DNA of 64,000 nt from the human T2T-CHM13v2.0 reference genome, Homo sapiens: NCBI RefSeq assembly GCF_009914755.1, contig NC_060937.1; one strand, written 5' to 3'. The notes under the pieces were generated by a model. The model saw only the letters and a program-made list of their open reading frames with translations. It did not search any database and had not been told where the DNA came from. The stretch's first letter is position 1. Every line of letters begins with the position of its first letter. Shown here piece by piece: positions 36,953 through 52,100 of the stretch. The translations under genes were made by a program, and so were the position numbers.

Positions 36953-39332
36953 GTGTTTCAAACCTGCTCTATGAAAGGGAATCTTCAACTCTATGAGTTG
37001 AATGCAGACATCAGAAAGAAATTTCTGAGAATGCTGCTGTCTACCTTTTATTTGAATTCCCGCTTCCAACGAAATCCTCCAAGCTATCCAAATATCCACT
37101 TGCAGATTCCACAAAAAGAGTGTTTCAAAACTGCTCTCTATCAATGGCAAAGTTCAACTCTGTTAGTTGAGGACACATATCACCAACAAGTTTCTGAGAA
37201 TGCTTCTGTCTATTTTTTATGGGAAGATATTTCCTTTTTCACCGTAGGCGTCAAGGCGATCGAAATGTCCACTTCCACAAACTACAAAAAGAGTGTTTCA
37301 AACCTGCTCTATGAAAGGCCATGTTCATCTCTATGAGTCGAATGGAAATATCCGAAAGAAATTTCTGGGAATGCTGCTGTCTAGTTTTTATACGAATTCC
37401 CGCTTCCAACGAAATCCTCAAAGCAATCCAAATATCCACTTGCAGAATCCACAAAAAGAGTGTTTCAAAACTGCTCTATCAATAGAAAGGTTCAACTCTT
37501 TTAGTTGAGTACACACATCACAAACAAGTTTCTGAGAATGCTTCTGTCTGGCTTTTATTGGAAGACGTTTCCTTTTCACCAAAGGCATCAAAGCGCTCCA
37601 AATGTCCACTTCCAGATTCTTCCAAAAGAGTGTTTGAAACGTGCTCAAAGTAAGGGAATGTTCAACTCTGTGACTTGAATGCAGATATCACCAAGTAGTT
37701 TCTAATAGTGCTTCTGTCTAGATTTTAGATGATGATATTCCCGTTTCCAACGAAATCGTTAGAGCTATCCAAATATCCACTTACAGTTGCTACAAAAACA
37801 GTGTTTCCAAACTGCTGCATCAAAAGAAAGGTTCAACTCTGTTAGTTGAGGACACACGTCACAAAGAAGTTTGTGAGAATGCTTCTGTCTAGATTTTGTA
37901 TGACGATATTCCCTTTTCCAACGATATCGTTAAAGCAATCTAAATATCCATTTGCAGAATCCACAAAAATAGAGTTTCAAAGCTGCTCTGTAAAAAGAAA
38001 GGTTCCACTCTGTTAGCTGAGTACACACATCACAAACTTGTTTCTCAGAATCCTTCTGTCTCGTTTTTCTGGGAAGATATTTACTTTTTCACCGTAGGCA
38101 TCAAAGCGCTCCAAATGTCCACATCCAGATACTCCAGAAAGAGTGTTTCAAACCTGCTCTATGAAAGGGAATCTTCAACTCTATGAGTTGAATGCAGACA
38201 TCAGAAAGAAATTTCTTAGAATGCTGCTGTCTACCTTTTATTTGAATTCCCGCTTCCAACGAAATCCTCCAAGCTATCCAAATATCCACTTGCAGATTCC
38301 ACAAAAAGAGTGTTTCAAAACTGCTCTCTATCAATGGCAAAGTTCAACTCTGTTAGTTGAGGACACATATCACCAACAAGTTTCTGAGAATGCTTCTGTC
38401 TATTTTTTATGGGAAGATATTTCCTTTTTCACCGTAGGCGTCAAGGCGATCGAAATGTCCACTTCCACAAACTACAAAAAGAGTGTTTCAAACCTGCTCT
38501 ATGAAAGGCCATGTTCATCTCTATGAGTCGAATGGAAATATCCGAAAGAAATTTCTGGGAATGCTGCTGTCTAGTTTTTATACGAATTCCCGCTTCCAAC
38601 GAAATCCTCAAAGCAATCCAAATATCCACTTGCAGAATCCACAAAAAGAGTGTTTCAAAACTGCTCTATCAATAGAAAGGTTCAACTCTTTTAGTTGAGT
38701 ACACACATCACAAACAAGTTTCTGAGAATGCTTCTGTCTGGCTTTTATTGGAAGACGTTTCCTTTTCACCAAAGGCATCAAAGCGCTCCAAATGTCCACT
38801 TCCAGATTCTTCCAAAAGAGTGTTTGAAACGTGCTCAAAGTAAGGGAATGTTCAACTCTGTGACTTGAATGCAGATATCACCAAGTAGTTTCTAATAGTG
38901 CTTCTGTCTAGATTTTAGATGATGATATTCCCGTTTCCAACGAAATCGTTAGAGCTATCCAAATATCCACTTACAGTTGCTACAAAAACAGTGTTTCCAA
39001 ACTGCTGCATCAAAAGAAAGGTTCAACTCTGTTAGTTGAGGACACACGTCACAAAGAAGTTTGTGAGAATGCTTCTGTCTAGATTTTGTATGACGATATT
39101 CCCTTTTCCAACGATATCGTTAAAGCAATCTAAATATCCATTTGCAGAATCCACAAAAATAGAGTTTCAAAGCTGCTCTGTAAAAAGAAAGGTTCCACTC
39201 TGTTAGCTGAGTACACACATCACAAACTTGTTTCTCAGAATCCTTCTGTCTCGTTTTTCTGGGAAGATATTTACTTTTTCACCGTAGGCATCAAAGCGCT
39301 CCAAATGTCCACATCCAGATACTCCAGAAAGA
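36953..39332 (-). repeat. Run of 2 tandem 7-mer HORs
   Basis: Unit starts 36953, 38143. Confidence 0.93.
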
Positions 39333-42300
39333 GTGTTTCAAACCTGCTCTATGAAAGGGAATCTTCAACTCTATGAGTTGAATGCAGACATCAGAAAGAA
39401 ATTTCTGAGAATGCTGCTGTCTACCTTTTATTTGAATTCCCGCTTCCAACGAAATCCTCCAAGCTATCCAAATATCCACTTGCAGATTCCACAAAAAGAG
39501 TGTTTCAAAACTGCTCTCTATCAATGGCAAAGTTCAACTCTGTTAGTTGAGGACACATATCACCAACAAGTTTCTGAGAATGCTTCTGTCTATTTTTTAT
39601 GGGAAGATATTTCCTTTTTCACCGTAGGCGTCAAGGCGATCGAAATGTCCACTTCCACAAACTACAAAAAGAGTGTTTCAAACCTGCTCTATGAAAGGCC
39701 ATGTTCATCTCTATGAGTCGAATGGAAATATCCGAAAGAAATTTCTGGGAATGCTGCTGTCTAGTTTTTATACGAATTCCCGCTTCCAACGAAATCCTCA
39801 AAGCAATCCAAATATCCACTTGCAGAATCCACAAAAAGAGTGTTTCAAAACTGCTCTATCAATAGAAAGGTTCAACTCTTTTAGTTGAGTACACACATCA
39901 CAAACAAGTTTCTGAGAATGCTTCTGTCTGGCTTTTATTGGAAGACGTTTCCTTTTCACCAAAGGCATCAAAGCGCTCCAAATGTCCACTTCCAGATTCT
40001 TCCAAAAGAGTGTTTGAAACGTGCTCAAAGTAAGGGAATGTTCAACTCTGTGACTTGAATGCAGATATCACCAAGTAGTTTCTAATAGTGCTTCTGTCTA
40101 GATTTTAGATGATGATATTCCCGTTTCCAACGAAATCGTTAGAGCTATCCAAATATCCACTTACAGTTTCTACAAAAAGAGTGTTTCCAAACTGCTGCAT
40201 CAAAAGAAAGGTTCAACTCTGTTAGTTGAGGACACACATCACAAAGAAGTTTGTGAGAATGCTTCTGTCTAGATTTTGTATGACCATATTCCCTTTTCCA
40301 GCGATATCATTAAAGCAATCTAAATATCCATTTGCAGAATCCACAAAATTAGAGTTTCAAAGCTGCTCTGTAAAAAGAAAGGTTCCACTCTGTTAGCTGA
40401 GTACACACATCACAAACTTGTTTCTCAGAATCCTTCTGTCTCGTTTTTATGGGAAGATATTTACTTTTTCACCGTAGGCATCAAAGCGCTCCAAATGTCC
40501 ACATCCAGATACTCCAGAAAGAGTGTTTCAAACCTGCTCTATGAAAGGGAATCTTCAACTCTATGAGTTGAATGCAGACATCAGAAAGAAATTTCTGAGA
40601 ATGCTGCTGTCTACCTTTTATTTGAACTCCCGCTTCCAACGAAATCCTCCAAGCTATCCAAATATCCACTTGCATTTTCCACAAAAAGAGTGCTTCAAAA
40701 CTGCTCTATCAATAAATGTTCAACTCCTTTAGCTGGGTGCACACATCACAAACAAGTTTCTGAGAATGCTTCTGTCTAGTTTTTATGGGAAGACATTCCC
40801 TTTTTCACCAAAGGCATCAAAGCGCTCCAAATGTCCACTTCCAGACACTACAAAAAGAGTGTTTCCAACGTGCTCTAAGAAAGCGAATGTTCAACTCTGT
40901 GACTTGAATGCAGATATCACAAAGTAGTTTCTGAGAGGGCTTCTGTCTAGATTTTAGATGATGATATTCCCGTTTCCAACGAAATCATTAGAGCTATCCA
41001 AATATCCACTTACAGTTTCTACAAAAAGAGTGTTTCCAAACTGCTGCATCAAAAGAGAGGTTCCACTCTGTTAGCTGAGTACACACATCACAAACTTGTT
41101 TCTGAGAATCCTTCTGTGTCGTTTTTATGGGAAGATATTTACTTTTTCACCGTAGGCATCAAAGCGCTCCAAATGTCCACATCCAGATACTCCAGAAAGA
41201 GTGTTTCAAACCTGCTCTATGAAAGGGAATCTTCAACTCTATGAGTTGAATGCAGACATCAGAAAGAAATTTCTGAGAATGCTGCTGTCTACCTTTTATT
41301 TGAATTCCCGCTTCCAACGAAATCCTCCAAGCTATCCAAATATCCACTTGCAGATTCCACAAAAAGAGTGTTTCAAAACTGCTCTCTATCAATGGCAAAG
41401 TTCAACTCTGTTAGTTGAGGACACATATCACCAACAAGTTTCTGAGAATGCTTCTGTCTATTTTTTATGGGAAGATATTTCCTTTTTCACCGTAGGCGTC
41501 AAGGCGATCGAAATGTCCACTTCCACAAACTACAAAAAGAGTGTTTCAAACCTGCTCTATGAAAGGCCATGTTCATCTCTATGAGTCGAATGGAAATATC
41601 CGAAAGAAATTTCTGGGAATGCTGCTGTCTAGTTTTTATACGAATTCCCGCTTCCAACGAAATCCTCAAAGCAATCCAAATATCCACTTGCAGAATCCAC
41701 AAAAAGAGTGTTTCAAAACTGCTCTATCAATAGAAAGGTTCAACTCTTTTAGTTGAGTACACACATCACAAACAAGTTTCTGAGAATGCTTCTGTCTGGC
41801 TTTTATTGGAAGACGTTTCCTTTTCACCAAAGGCATCAAAGCGCTCCAAATGTCCACTTCCAGATTCTTCCAAAAGAGTGTTTGAAACGTGCTCAAAGTA
41901 AGGGAATGTTCAACTCTGTGACTTGAATGCAGATATCACCAAGTAGTTTCTAATAGTGCTTCTGTCTAGATTTTAGATGATGATATTCCCGTTTCCAACG
42001 AAATCGTTAGAGCTATCCAAATATCCACTTACAGTTTCTACAAAAAGAGTGTTTCCAAACTGCTGCATCAAAAGAAAGGTTCAACTCTGTTAGTTGAGGA
42101 CACACATCACAAAGAAGTTTGTGAGAATGCTTCTGTCTAGATTTTGTATGACCATATTCCCTTTTCCAGCGATATCATTAAAGCAATCTAAATATCCATT
42201 TGCAGAATCCACAAAAATAGAGTTTCAAAGCTGCTCTGTAAAAAGAAAGGTTCCACTCTGTTAGCTGAGTACACACATCACAAACTTGTTTCTGAGAATC

Positions 42301-45300
42301 CTTCTGTCTCGTTTTTATGGGAAGATATTTACTTTTTCACCGTAGGCATCAAAGCGCTCCAAATGTCCACATCCAGATACTCCAGAAAGAGTGTTTCAAA
42401 CCTGCTCTATGAAAGGGAATCTTCAACTCTATGAGTTGAATGCAGACATCAGAAAGAAATTTCTGAGAATGCTGCTGTCTACCTTTTATTTGAATTCCCG
42501 CTTCCAACGAAATCCTCCAAGCTATCCAAATATCCACCTGCATTTTCCACAAAAAGAGCGTTTCAAAACTGCTCTATCAATAGAAATGTTCAACTCCTTT
42601 GGCTGGGTACACACATCACAAACAAGTTTCTGAGAATGCTTCTGTCTAGTTTTTATGGGAAGACATTCCCTTTTTCACCAAAGGCATCAAAGCGCTCCAA
42701 ATGTCCACTTCCAGACACTACAAAAAGAGTGTTTCCAACGTGCTCTAAGAAAGCGAATGTTCAACTCTGTGACTTGAATGCAGATATCACAAAGTAGTTT
42801 CTGAGAGGGCTTCTGTCTAGATTTTAGATGATGATATTCCCGTTTCCAACGAAATCATTAGAGCTATCCAAATATCCACTTACAGTTTCTACAAAAAGAG
42901 TATTTCCAAACTGCTGCAACAAAAGAGAGGTTCCACTCTGTTAGCTGAGTACACACATCACAAACTTGTTTCTCAGAATCCTTCTGTCTCGTTTTTCTGG
43001 GAAGATATTTACTTTTTCACCGTAGGCATCAAAGCGCTCCAAATGTCCACATCCAGATACTCCAGAAAGAGTGTTTCAAACCTGCTCTATGAAAGAGAAT
43101 CTTCAACTCTATGAGTTGAATGCAGACATCAGAAAGAAATTTCTGAGAATGCTGCTGTCTACCTTTTATTTGAATTCCCGCTTCCAACGAAATCCTCCAA
43201 GCTATCCAAATATCCACTTGCAGATTCCACAAAAAGAGTGTTTCAAAACTGCTCTCTATCAATGGCAAAGTTCAACTCTGTTAGTTGAGGACACATATCA
43301 CCAACAAGTTTCTGAGAATGCTTCTGTCTATTTTTTATGGGAAGATATTTCCTTTTTCACCGTAGGCGTCAAGGCGATCGAAATGTCCACTTCCACAAAC
43401 TACAAAAAGAGTGTTTCAAACCTGCTCTATGAAAGGCCATGTTCATCTCTATGAGTCGAATGGAAATATCCGAAAGAAATTTCTGGGAATGCTGCTGTCT
43501 AGTTTTTATACGAATTCCCGCTTCCAACGAAATCCTCAAAGCAATCCAAATATCCACTTGCAGAATCCACAAAAAGAGTGTTTCAAAACTGCTCTATCAA
43601 TAGAAAGGTTCAACTCTTTTAGTTGAGTACACACATCACAAACAAGTTTCTGAGAATGCTTCTGTCTGGCTTTTATTGGAAGACGTTTCCTTTTCACCAA
43701 AGGCATCAAAGCGCTCCAAATGTCCACTTCCAGATTCTTCCAAAAGAGTGTTTGAAACGTGCTCAAAGTAAGGGAATGTTCAACTCTGTGACTTGAATGC
43801 AGATATCACCAAGTAGTTTCTAATAGTGCTTCTGTCTAGATTTTAGATGATGATATTCCCGTTTCCAACGAAATCGTTAGAGCTATCCAAATATCCACTT
43901 ACAGTTTCTACAAAAAGAGTGTTTCCAAACTGCTGCATCAAAAGAAAGGTTCAACTCTGTTAGTTGAGGACACACATCACAAAGAAGTTTGTGAGAATGC
44001 TTCTGTCTAGATTTTGTATGACCATATTCCCTTTTCCAGCGATATCATTAAAGCAATCTAAATATCCATTTGCAGAATCCACAAAAATAGAGTTTCAAAG
44101 CTGCTCTGTAAAAAGAAAGGTTCCACTCTGTTAGCTGAGTACACACATCACAAACTTGTTTCTCAGAATCCTTCTGTCTCGTTTTTATGGGAAGATATTT
44201 ACTTTTTCACCGTAGGCATCAAAGCGCTCCAAATGTCCACATCCAGATACTCCAGAAAGAGTGTTTCAAACCTGCTCTATGAAAGGGAATCTTCAACTCT
44301 ATGAGTTGAATGCAGACATCAGAAAGAAATTTCTGAGAATGCTGCTGTCTACCTTTTATTTGAACTCCCGCTTCCAACGAAATCCTCCAAGCTATCCAAA
44401 TATCCACTTGCATTTTCCACAAAAAGAGTGCTTCAAAACTGCTCTATCAATAAATGTTCAACTCCTTTAGCTGGGTGCACACATCACAAACAAGTTTCTG
44501 AGAATGCTTCTGTCTAGTTTTTATGGGAAGACATTCCCTTTTTCACCAAAGGCATCAAAGCGCTCCAAATGTCCACTTCCAGACACTACAAAAAGAGTGT
44601 TTCCAACGTGCTCTAAGAAAGCGAATGTTCAACTCTGTGACTTGAATGCAGATATCACAAAGTAGTTTCTGAGAGGGCTTCTGTCTAGATTTTAGATGAT
44701 GATATTCCCGTTTCCAACGAAATCATTAGAGCTATCCAAATATCCACTTACAGTTTCTACAAAAAGAGTGTTTCCAAACTGCTGCATCAAAAGAGAGGTT
44801 CCACTCTGTTAGCTGAGTACACACATCACAAACTTGTTTCTCAGAATCCTTCTGTGTCGTTTTTATGGGAAGATATTTACTTTTTCACCGTAGGCATCAA
44901 AGCGCTCCAAATGTCCACATCCAGATACTCCAGAAAGAGTGTTTCAAACCTGCTCTATGAAAGGGAATCTTCAACTCTATGAGTTGAATGCAGACATCAG
45001 AAAGAAATTTCTGAGAATGCTGCTGTCTACCTTTTATTTGAATTCCCGCTTCCAACGAAATCCTCCAAGCTATCCAAATATCCACTTGCAGATTCCACAA
45101 AAAGAGTGTTTCAAAACTGCTCTCTATCAATGGCAAAGTTCAACTCTGTTAGTTGAGGACACATATCACCAACAAGTTTCTGAGAATGCTTCTGTCTATT
45201 TTTTATGGGAAGATATTTCCTTTTTCACCGTAGGCGTCAAGGCGATCGAAATGTCCACTTACACAAACTACAAAAAGAGTGTTTCAAACCTGCTCTACGA

Positions 45301-46808
45301 AAGGCCATGTTCATCTCTATGAGTCGAATGGAAATATCCGAAAGAAATTTCTGGGAATGCTGCTGTCTAGTTTTTATACGAATTCCCGCTTCCAACGAAA
45401 TCCTCAAAGCAATCCAAATATCCACTTGCAGAATCCACAAAAAGAGTGTTTCAAAACTGCTCTATCAATAGAAAGGTTCAACTCTTTTAGTTGAGTACAC
45501 ACATCACAAACAAGTTTCTGAGAATGCTTCTGTCTGGCTTTTATTGGAAGACGTTTCCTTTTCACCAAAGGCATCAAAGCGCTCCAAATGTCCACTTCCA
45601 GATTCTTCCAAAAGAGTGTTTGAAACGTGCTCAAAGTAAGGGAATGTTCAACTCTGTGACTTGAATGCAGATATCACCAAGTAGTTTCTAATAGTGCTTC
45701 TGTCTAGATTTTAGATGATGATATTCCCGTTTCCAACGAAATCGTTAGAGCTATCCAAATATCCACTTACAGTTTCTACAAAAAGAGTGTTTCCAAACTG
45801 CTGCATCAAAAGAAAGGTTCAACTCTGTTAGTTGAGGACACACATCACAAAGAAGTTTGTGAGAATGCTTCTGTCTAGATTTTGTATGACCATATTCCCT
45901 TTTCCAGCGATATCATTAAAGCAATCTAAATATCCATTTGCAGAATCCACAAAAATAGAGTTTCAAAGCTGCTCTGTAAAAAGAAAGGTTCCACTCTGTT
46001 AGCTGAGTACACACATCACAAACTTGTTTCTGAGAATCCTTCTGTCTCGTTTTTATGGGAAGATATTTACTTTTTCACCGTAGGCATCAAAGCGCTCCAA
46101 ATGTCCACATCCAGATACTCCAGAAAGAGTGTTTCAAACCTGCTCTATGAAAGGGAATCTTCAACTCTATGAGTTGAATGCAGACATCAGAAAGAAATTT
46201 CTGAGAATGCTGCTGTCTACCTTTTATTTGAATTCCCGCTTCCAACGAAATCCTCCAAGCTATCCAAATATCCACCTGCATTTTCCACAAAAAGAGCGTT
46301 TCAAAACTGCTCTATCAATAGAAATGTTCAACTCCTTTGGCTGGGTACACACATCACAAACAAGTTTCTGAGAATGCTTCTGTCTAGTTTTTATGGGAAG
46401 ACATTCCCTTTTTCACCAAAGGCATCAAAGCGCTCCAAATGTCCACTTCCAGACACTACAAAAAGAGTGTTTCCAACGTGCTCTAAGAAAGCGAATGTTC
46501 AACTCTGTGACTTGAATGCAGATATCACAAAGTAGTTTCTGAGAGGGCTTCTGTCTAGATTTTAGATGATGATATTCCCGTTTCCAACGAAATCATTAGA
46601 GCTATCCAAATATCCACTTACAGTTTCTACAAAAAGAGTGTTTCCAAACTGCTGCATCAAAAGAGAGGTTCCACTCTGTTAGCTGAGTACACACATCACA
46701 AACTTGTTTCTCAGAATCCTTCTGTCTCGTTTTTCTGGGAAGATATTTACTTTTTCACCGTAGGCATCAAAGCGCTCCAAATGTCCACATCCAGATACTC
46801 CAGAAAGA
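39333..46808 (-). repeat. Run of 4 consecutive 11-mers alternating b-a-b-a
   Basis: Unit lengths 1868, 1870, 1868, 1870. Confidence 0.93.
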
Positions 46809-49188
46809 GTGTTTCAAACCTGCTCTATGAAAGGGAATCTTCAACTCTATGAGTTGAATGCAGACATCAGAAAGAAATTTCTGAGAATGCTGCTGTCTAC
46901 CTTTTATTTGAATTCCCGCTTCCAACGAAATCCTCCAAGCTATCCAAATATCCACTTGCAGATTCCACAAAAAGAGTGTTTCAAAACTGCTCTCTATCAA
47001 TGGCAAAGTTCAACTCTGTTAGTTGAGGACACATATCACCAACAAGTTTCTGAGAATGCTTCTGTCTATTTTTTATGGGAAGATATTTCCTTTTTCACCG
47101 TAGGCGTCAAGGCGATCGAAATGTCCACTTCCACAAACTACAAAAAGAGTGTTTCAAACCTGCTCTATGAAAGGCCATGTTCATCTCTATGAGTCGAATG
47201 GAAATATCCGAAAGAAATTTCTGGGAATGCTGCTGTCTAGTTTTTATACGAATTCCCGCTTCCAACGAAATCCTCAAAGCAATCCAAATATCCACTTGCA
47301 GAATCCACAAAAAGAGTGTTTCAAAACTGCTCTATCAATAGAAAGGTTCAACTCTTTTAGTTGAGTACACACATCACAAACAAGTTTCTGAGAATGCTTC
47401 TGTCTGGCTTTTATTGGAAGACGTTTCCTTTTCACCAAAGGCATCAAAGCGCTCCAAATGTCCACTTCCAGATTCTTCCAAAAGAGTGTTTGAAACGTGC
47501 TCAAAGTAAGGGAATGTTCAACTCTGTGACTTGAATGCAGATATCACCAAGTAGTTTCTAATAGTGCTTCTGTCTAGATTTTAGATGATGATATTCCCGT
47601 TTCCAACGAAATCGTTAGAGCTATCCAAATATCCACTTACAGTTGCTACAAAAACAGTGTTTCCAAACTGCTGCATCAAAAGAAAGGTTCAACTCTGTTA
47701 GTTGAGGACACACGTCACAAAGAAGTTTGTGAGAATGCTTCTGTCTAGATTTTGTATGACGATATTCCCTTTTCCAACGATATCGTTAAAGCAATCTAAA
47801 TATCCATTTGCAGAATCCACAAAAATAGAGTTTCAAAGCTGCTCTGTAAAAAGAAAGGTTCCACTCTGTTAGCTGAGTACACACATCACAAACTTGTTTC
47901 TCAGAATCCTTCTGTCTCGTTTTTCTGGGAAGATATTTACTTTTTCACCGTAGGCATCAAAGCGCTCCAAATGTCCACATCCAGATACTCCAGAAAGAGT
48001 GTTTCAAACCTGCTCTATGAAAGGGAATCTTCAACTCTATGAGTTGAATGCAGACATCAGAAAGAAATTTCTGAGAATGCTGCTGTCTACCTTTTATTTG
48101 AATTCCCGCTTCCAACGAAATCCTCCAAGCTATCCAAATATCCACTTGCAGATTCCACAAAAAGAGTGTTTCAAAACTGCTCTCTATCAATGGCAAAGTT
48201 CAACTCTGTTAGTTGAGGACACATATCACCAACAAGTTTCTGAGAATGCTTCTGTCTATTTTTTATGGGAAGATATTTCCTTTTTCACCGTAGGCGTCAA
48301 GGCGATCGAAATGTCCACTTCCACAAACTACAAAAAGAGTGTTTCAAACCTGCTCTATGAAAGGCCATGTTCATCTCTATGAGTCGAATGGAAATATCCG
48401 AAAGAAATTTCTGGGAATGCTGCTGTCTAGTTTTTATACGAATTCCCGCTTCCAACGAAATCCTCAAAGCAATCCAAATATCCACTTGCAGAATCCACAA
48501 AAAGAGTGTTTCAAAACTGCTCTATCAATAGAAAGGTTCAACTCTTTTAGTTGAGTACACACATCACAAACAAGTTTCTGAGAATGCTTCTGTCTGGCTT
48601 TTATTGGAAGACGTTTCCTTTTCACCAAAGGCATCAAAGCGCTCCAAATGTCCACTTCCAGATTCTTCCAAAAGAGTGTTTGAAACGTGCTCAAAGTAAG
48701 GGAATGTTCAACTCTGTGACTTGAATGCAGATATCACCAAGTAGTTTCTAATAGTGCTTCTGTCTAGATTTTAGATGATGATATTCCCGTTTCCAACGAA
48801 ATCGTTAGAGCTATCCAAATATCCACTTACAGTTTCTACAAAAAGAGTGTTTCCAAACTGCTGCATCAAAAGAAAGGTTCAACTCTGTTAGTTGAGGACA
48901 CACGTCACAAAGAAGTTTGTGAGAATGCTTCTGTCTAGATTTTGTATGACGATATTCCCTTTTCCAACGATATCGTTAAAGCAATCTAAATATCCATTTG
49001 CAGAATCCACAAAAATAGAGTTTCAAAGCTGCTCTGTAAAAAGAAAGGTTCCACTCTGTTAGCTGAGTACACACATCACAAACTTGTTTCTCAGAATCCT
49101 TCTGTCTCGTTTTTCTGGGAAGATATTTACTTTTTCACCGTAGGCATCAAAGCGCTCCAAATGTCCACATCCAGATACTCCAGAAAGA
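46809..49188 (-). repeat. Run of 2 tandem 7-mer HORs
   Basis: Unit starts 46809, 47999. Confidence 0.93.
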
Positions 49189-52100
49189 GTGTTTCAAACC
49201 TGCTCTATGAAAGGGAATCTTCAACTCTATGAGTTGAATGCAGACATCAGAAAGAAATTTCTGAGAATGCTGCTGTCTACCTTTTATTTGAATTCCCGCT
49301 TCCAACGAAATCCTCCAAGCTATCCAAATATCCACTTGCAGATTCCACAAAAAGAGTGTTTCAAAACTGCTCTCTATCAATGGCAAAGTTCAACTCTGTT
49401 AGTTGAGGACACATATCACCAACAAGTTTCTGAGAATGCTTCTGTCTATTTTTTATGGGAAGATATTTCCTTTTTCACCGTAGGCGTCAAGGCGATCGAA
49501 ATGTCCACTTCCACAAACTACAAAAAGAGTGTTTCAAACCTGCTCTATGAAAGGCCATGTTCATCTCTATGAGTCGAATGGAAATATCCGAAAGAAATTT
49601 CTGGGAATGCTGCTGTCTAGTTTTTATACGAATTCCCGCTTCCAACGAAATCCTCAAAGCAATCCAAATATCCACTTGCAGAATCCACAAAAAGAGTGTT
49701 TCAAAACTGCTCTATCAATAGAAAGGTTCAACTCTTTTAGTTGAGTACACACATCACAAACAAGTTTCTGAGAATGCTTCTGTCTGGCTTTTATTGGAAG
49801 ACGTTTCCTTTTCACCAAAGGCATCAAAGCGCTCCAAATGTCCACTTCCAGATTCTTCCAAAAGAGTGTTTGAAACGTGCTCAAAGTAAGGGAATGTTCA
49901 ACTCTGTGACTTGAATGCAGATATCACCAAGTAGTTTCTAATAGTGCTTCTGTCTAGATTTTAGATGATGATATTCCCGTTTCCAACGAAATCGTTAGAG
50001 CTATCCAAATATCCACTTACAGTTTCTACAAAAACAGTGTTTCCAAACTGCTGCATCAAAAGAAAGGTTCAACTCTGTTAGTTGAGGACACACATCACAA
50101 AGAAGTTTGTGAGAATGCTTCTGTCTAGATTTTGTATGACCATATTCCCTTTTCCAGCGATATCATTAAAGCAATCTAAATATCCATTTGCAGAATCCAC
50201 AAAAATAGAGTTTCAAAGCTGCTCTGTAAAAAGAAAGGTTCCACTCTGTTAGCTGAGTACACACATCACAAACTTGTTTCTCAGAATCCTTCTGTCTCGT
50301 TTTTATGGGAAGATATTTACTTTTTCACCGTAGGCATCAAAGCGCTCCAAATGTCCACATCCAGATACTCCAGAAAGAGTGTTTCAAACCTGCTCTATGA
50401 AAGGGAATCTTCAACTCTATGAGTTGAATGCAGACATCAGAAAGAAATTTCTGAGAATGCTGCTGTCTACCTTTTATTTGAATTCCCGCTTCCAACGAAA
50501 TCCTCCAAGCTATCCAAATATCCACCTGCATTTTCCACAAAAAGAGCGTTTCAAAACTGCTCTATCAATAGAAATGTTCAACTCCTTTGGCTGGGTACAC
50601 ACATCACAAACAAGTTTCTGAGAATGCTTCTGTCTAGTTTTTATGGGAAGACATTCCCTTTTTCACCAAAGGCATCAAAGCGCTCCAAATGTCCACTTCC
50701 AGACACTACAAAAAGAGTGTTTCCAACGTGCTCTAAGAAAGCGAATGTTCAACTCTGTGACTTGAATGCAGATATCACAAAGTAGTTTCTGAGAGGGCTT
50801 CTGTCTAGATTTTAGATGATGATATTCCCGTTTCCAACGAAATCATTAGAGCTATCCAAATATCCACTTACAGTTTCTACAAAAAGAGTGTTTCCAAACT
50901 GCTGCATCAAAAGAGAGGTTCCACTCTGTTAGCTGAGTACACACATCACAAACTTGTTTCTCAGAATCCTTCTGTCTCGTTTTTCTGGGAAGATATTTAC
51001 TTTTTCACCGTAGGCATCAAAGCGCTCCAAATGTCCACATCCAGATACTCCAGAAAGAGTGTTTCAAACCTGCTCTATGAAAGGGAATCTTCAACTCTAT
51101 GAGTTGAATGCAGACATCAGAAAGAAATTTCTGAGAATGCTGCTGTCTACCTTTTATTTGAATTCCCGCTTCCAACGAAATCCTCCAAGCTATCCAAATA
51201 TCCACTTGCAGATTCCACAAAAAGAGTGTTTCAAAACTGCTCTCTATCAATGGCAAAGTTCAACTCTGTTAGTTGAGGACACATATCACCAACAAGTTTC
51301 TGAGAATGCTTCTGTCTATTTTTTATGGGAAGATATTTCCTTTTTCACCGTAGGCGTCAAGGCGATCGAAATGTCCACTTCCACAAACTACAAAAAGAGT
51401 GTTTCAAACCTGCTCTATGAAAGGCCATGTTCATCTCTATGAGTCGAATGGAAATATCCGAAAGAAATTTCTGGGAATGCTGCTGTCTAGTTTTTATACG
51501 AATTCCCGCTTCCAACGAAATCCTCAAAGCAATCCAAATATCCACTTGCAGAATCCACAAAAAGAGTGTTTCAAAACTGCTCTATCAATAGAAAGGTTCA
51601 ACTCTTTTAGTTGAGTACACACATCACAAACAAGTTTCTGAGAATGCTTCTGTCTGGCTTTTATTGGAAGACGTTTCCTTTTCACCAAAGGCATCAAAGC
51701 GCTCCAAATGTCCACTTCCAGATTCTTCCAAAAGAGTGTTTGAAACGTGCTCAAAGTAAGGGAATGTTCAACTCTGTGACTTGAATGCAGATATCACCAA
51801 GTAGTTTCTAATAGTGCTTCTGTCTAGATTTTAGATGATGATATTCCCGTTTCCAACGAAATCGTTAGAGCTATCCAAATATCCACTTACAGTTGCTACA
51901 AAAAGAGTGTTTCCAAACTGCTGCATCAAAAGAAAGGTTCAACTCTGTTAGTTGAGGACACACATCACAAAGAAGTTTGTGAGAATGCTTCTGTCTAGAT
52001 TTTGTATGACGATATTCCCTTTTCCAACGATATCGTTAAAGCAATCTAAATATCCATTTGCAGAATCCACAAAAATAGAGTTTCAAAGCTGCTCTGTAAA

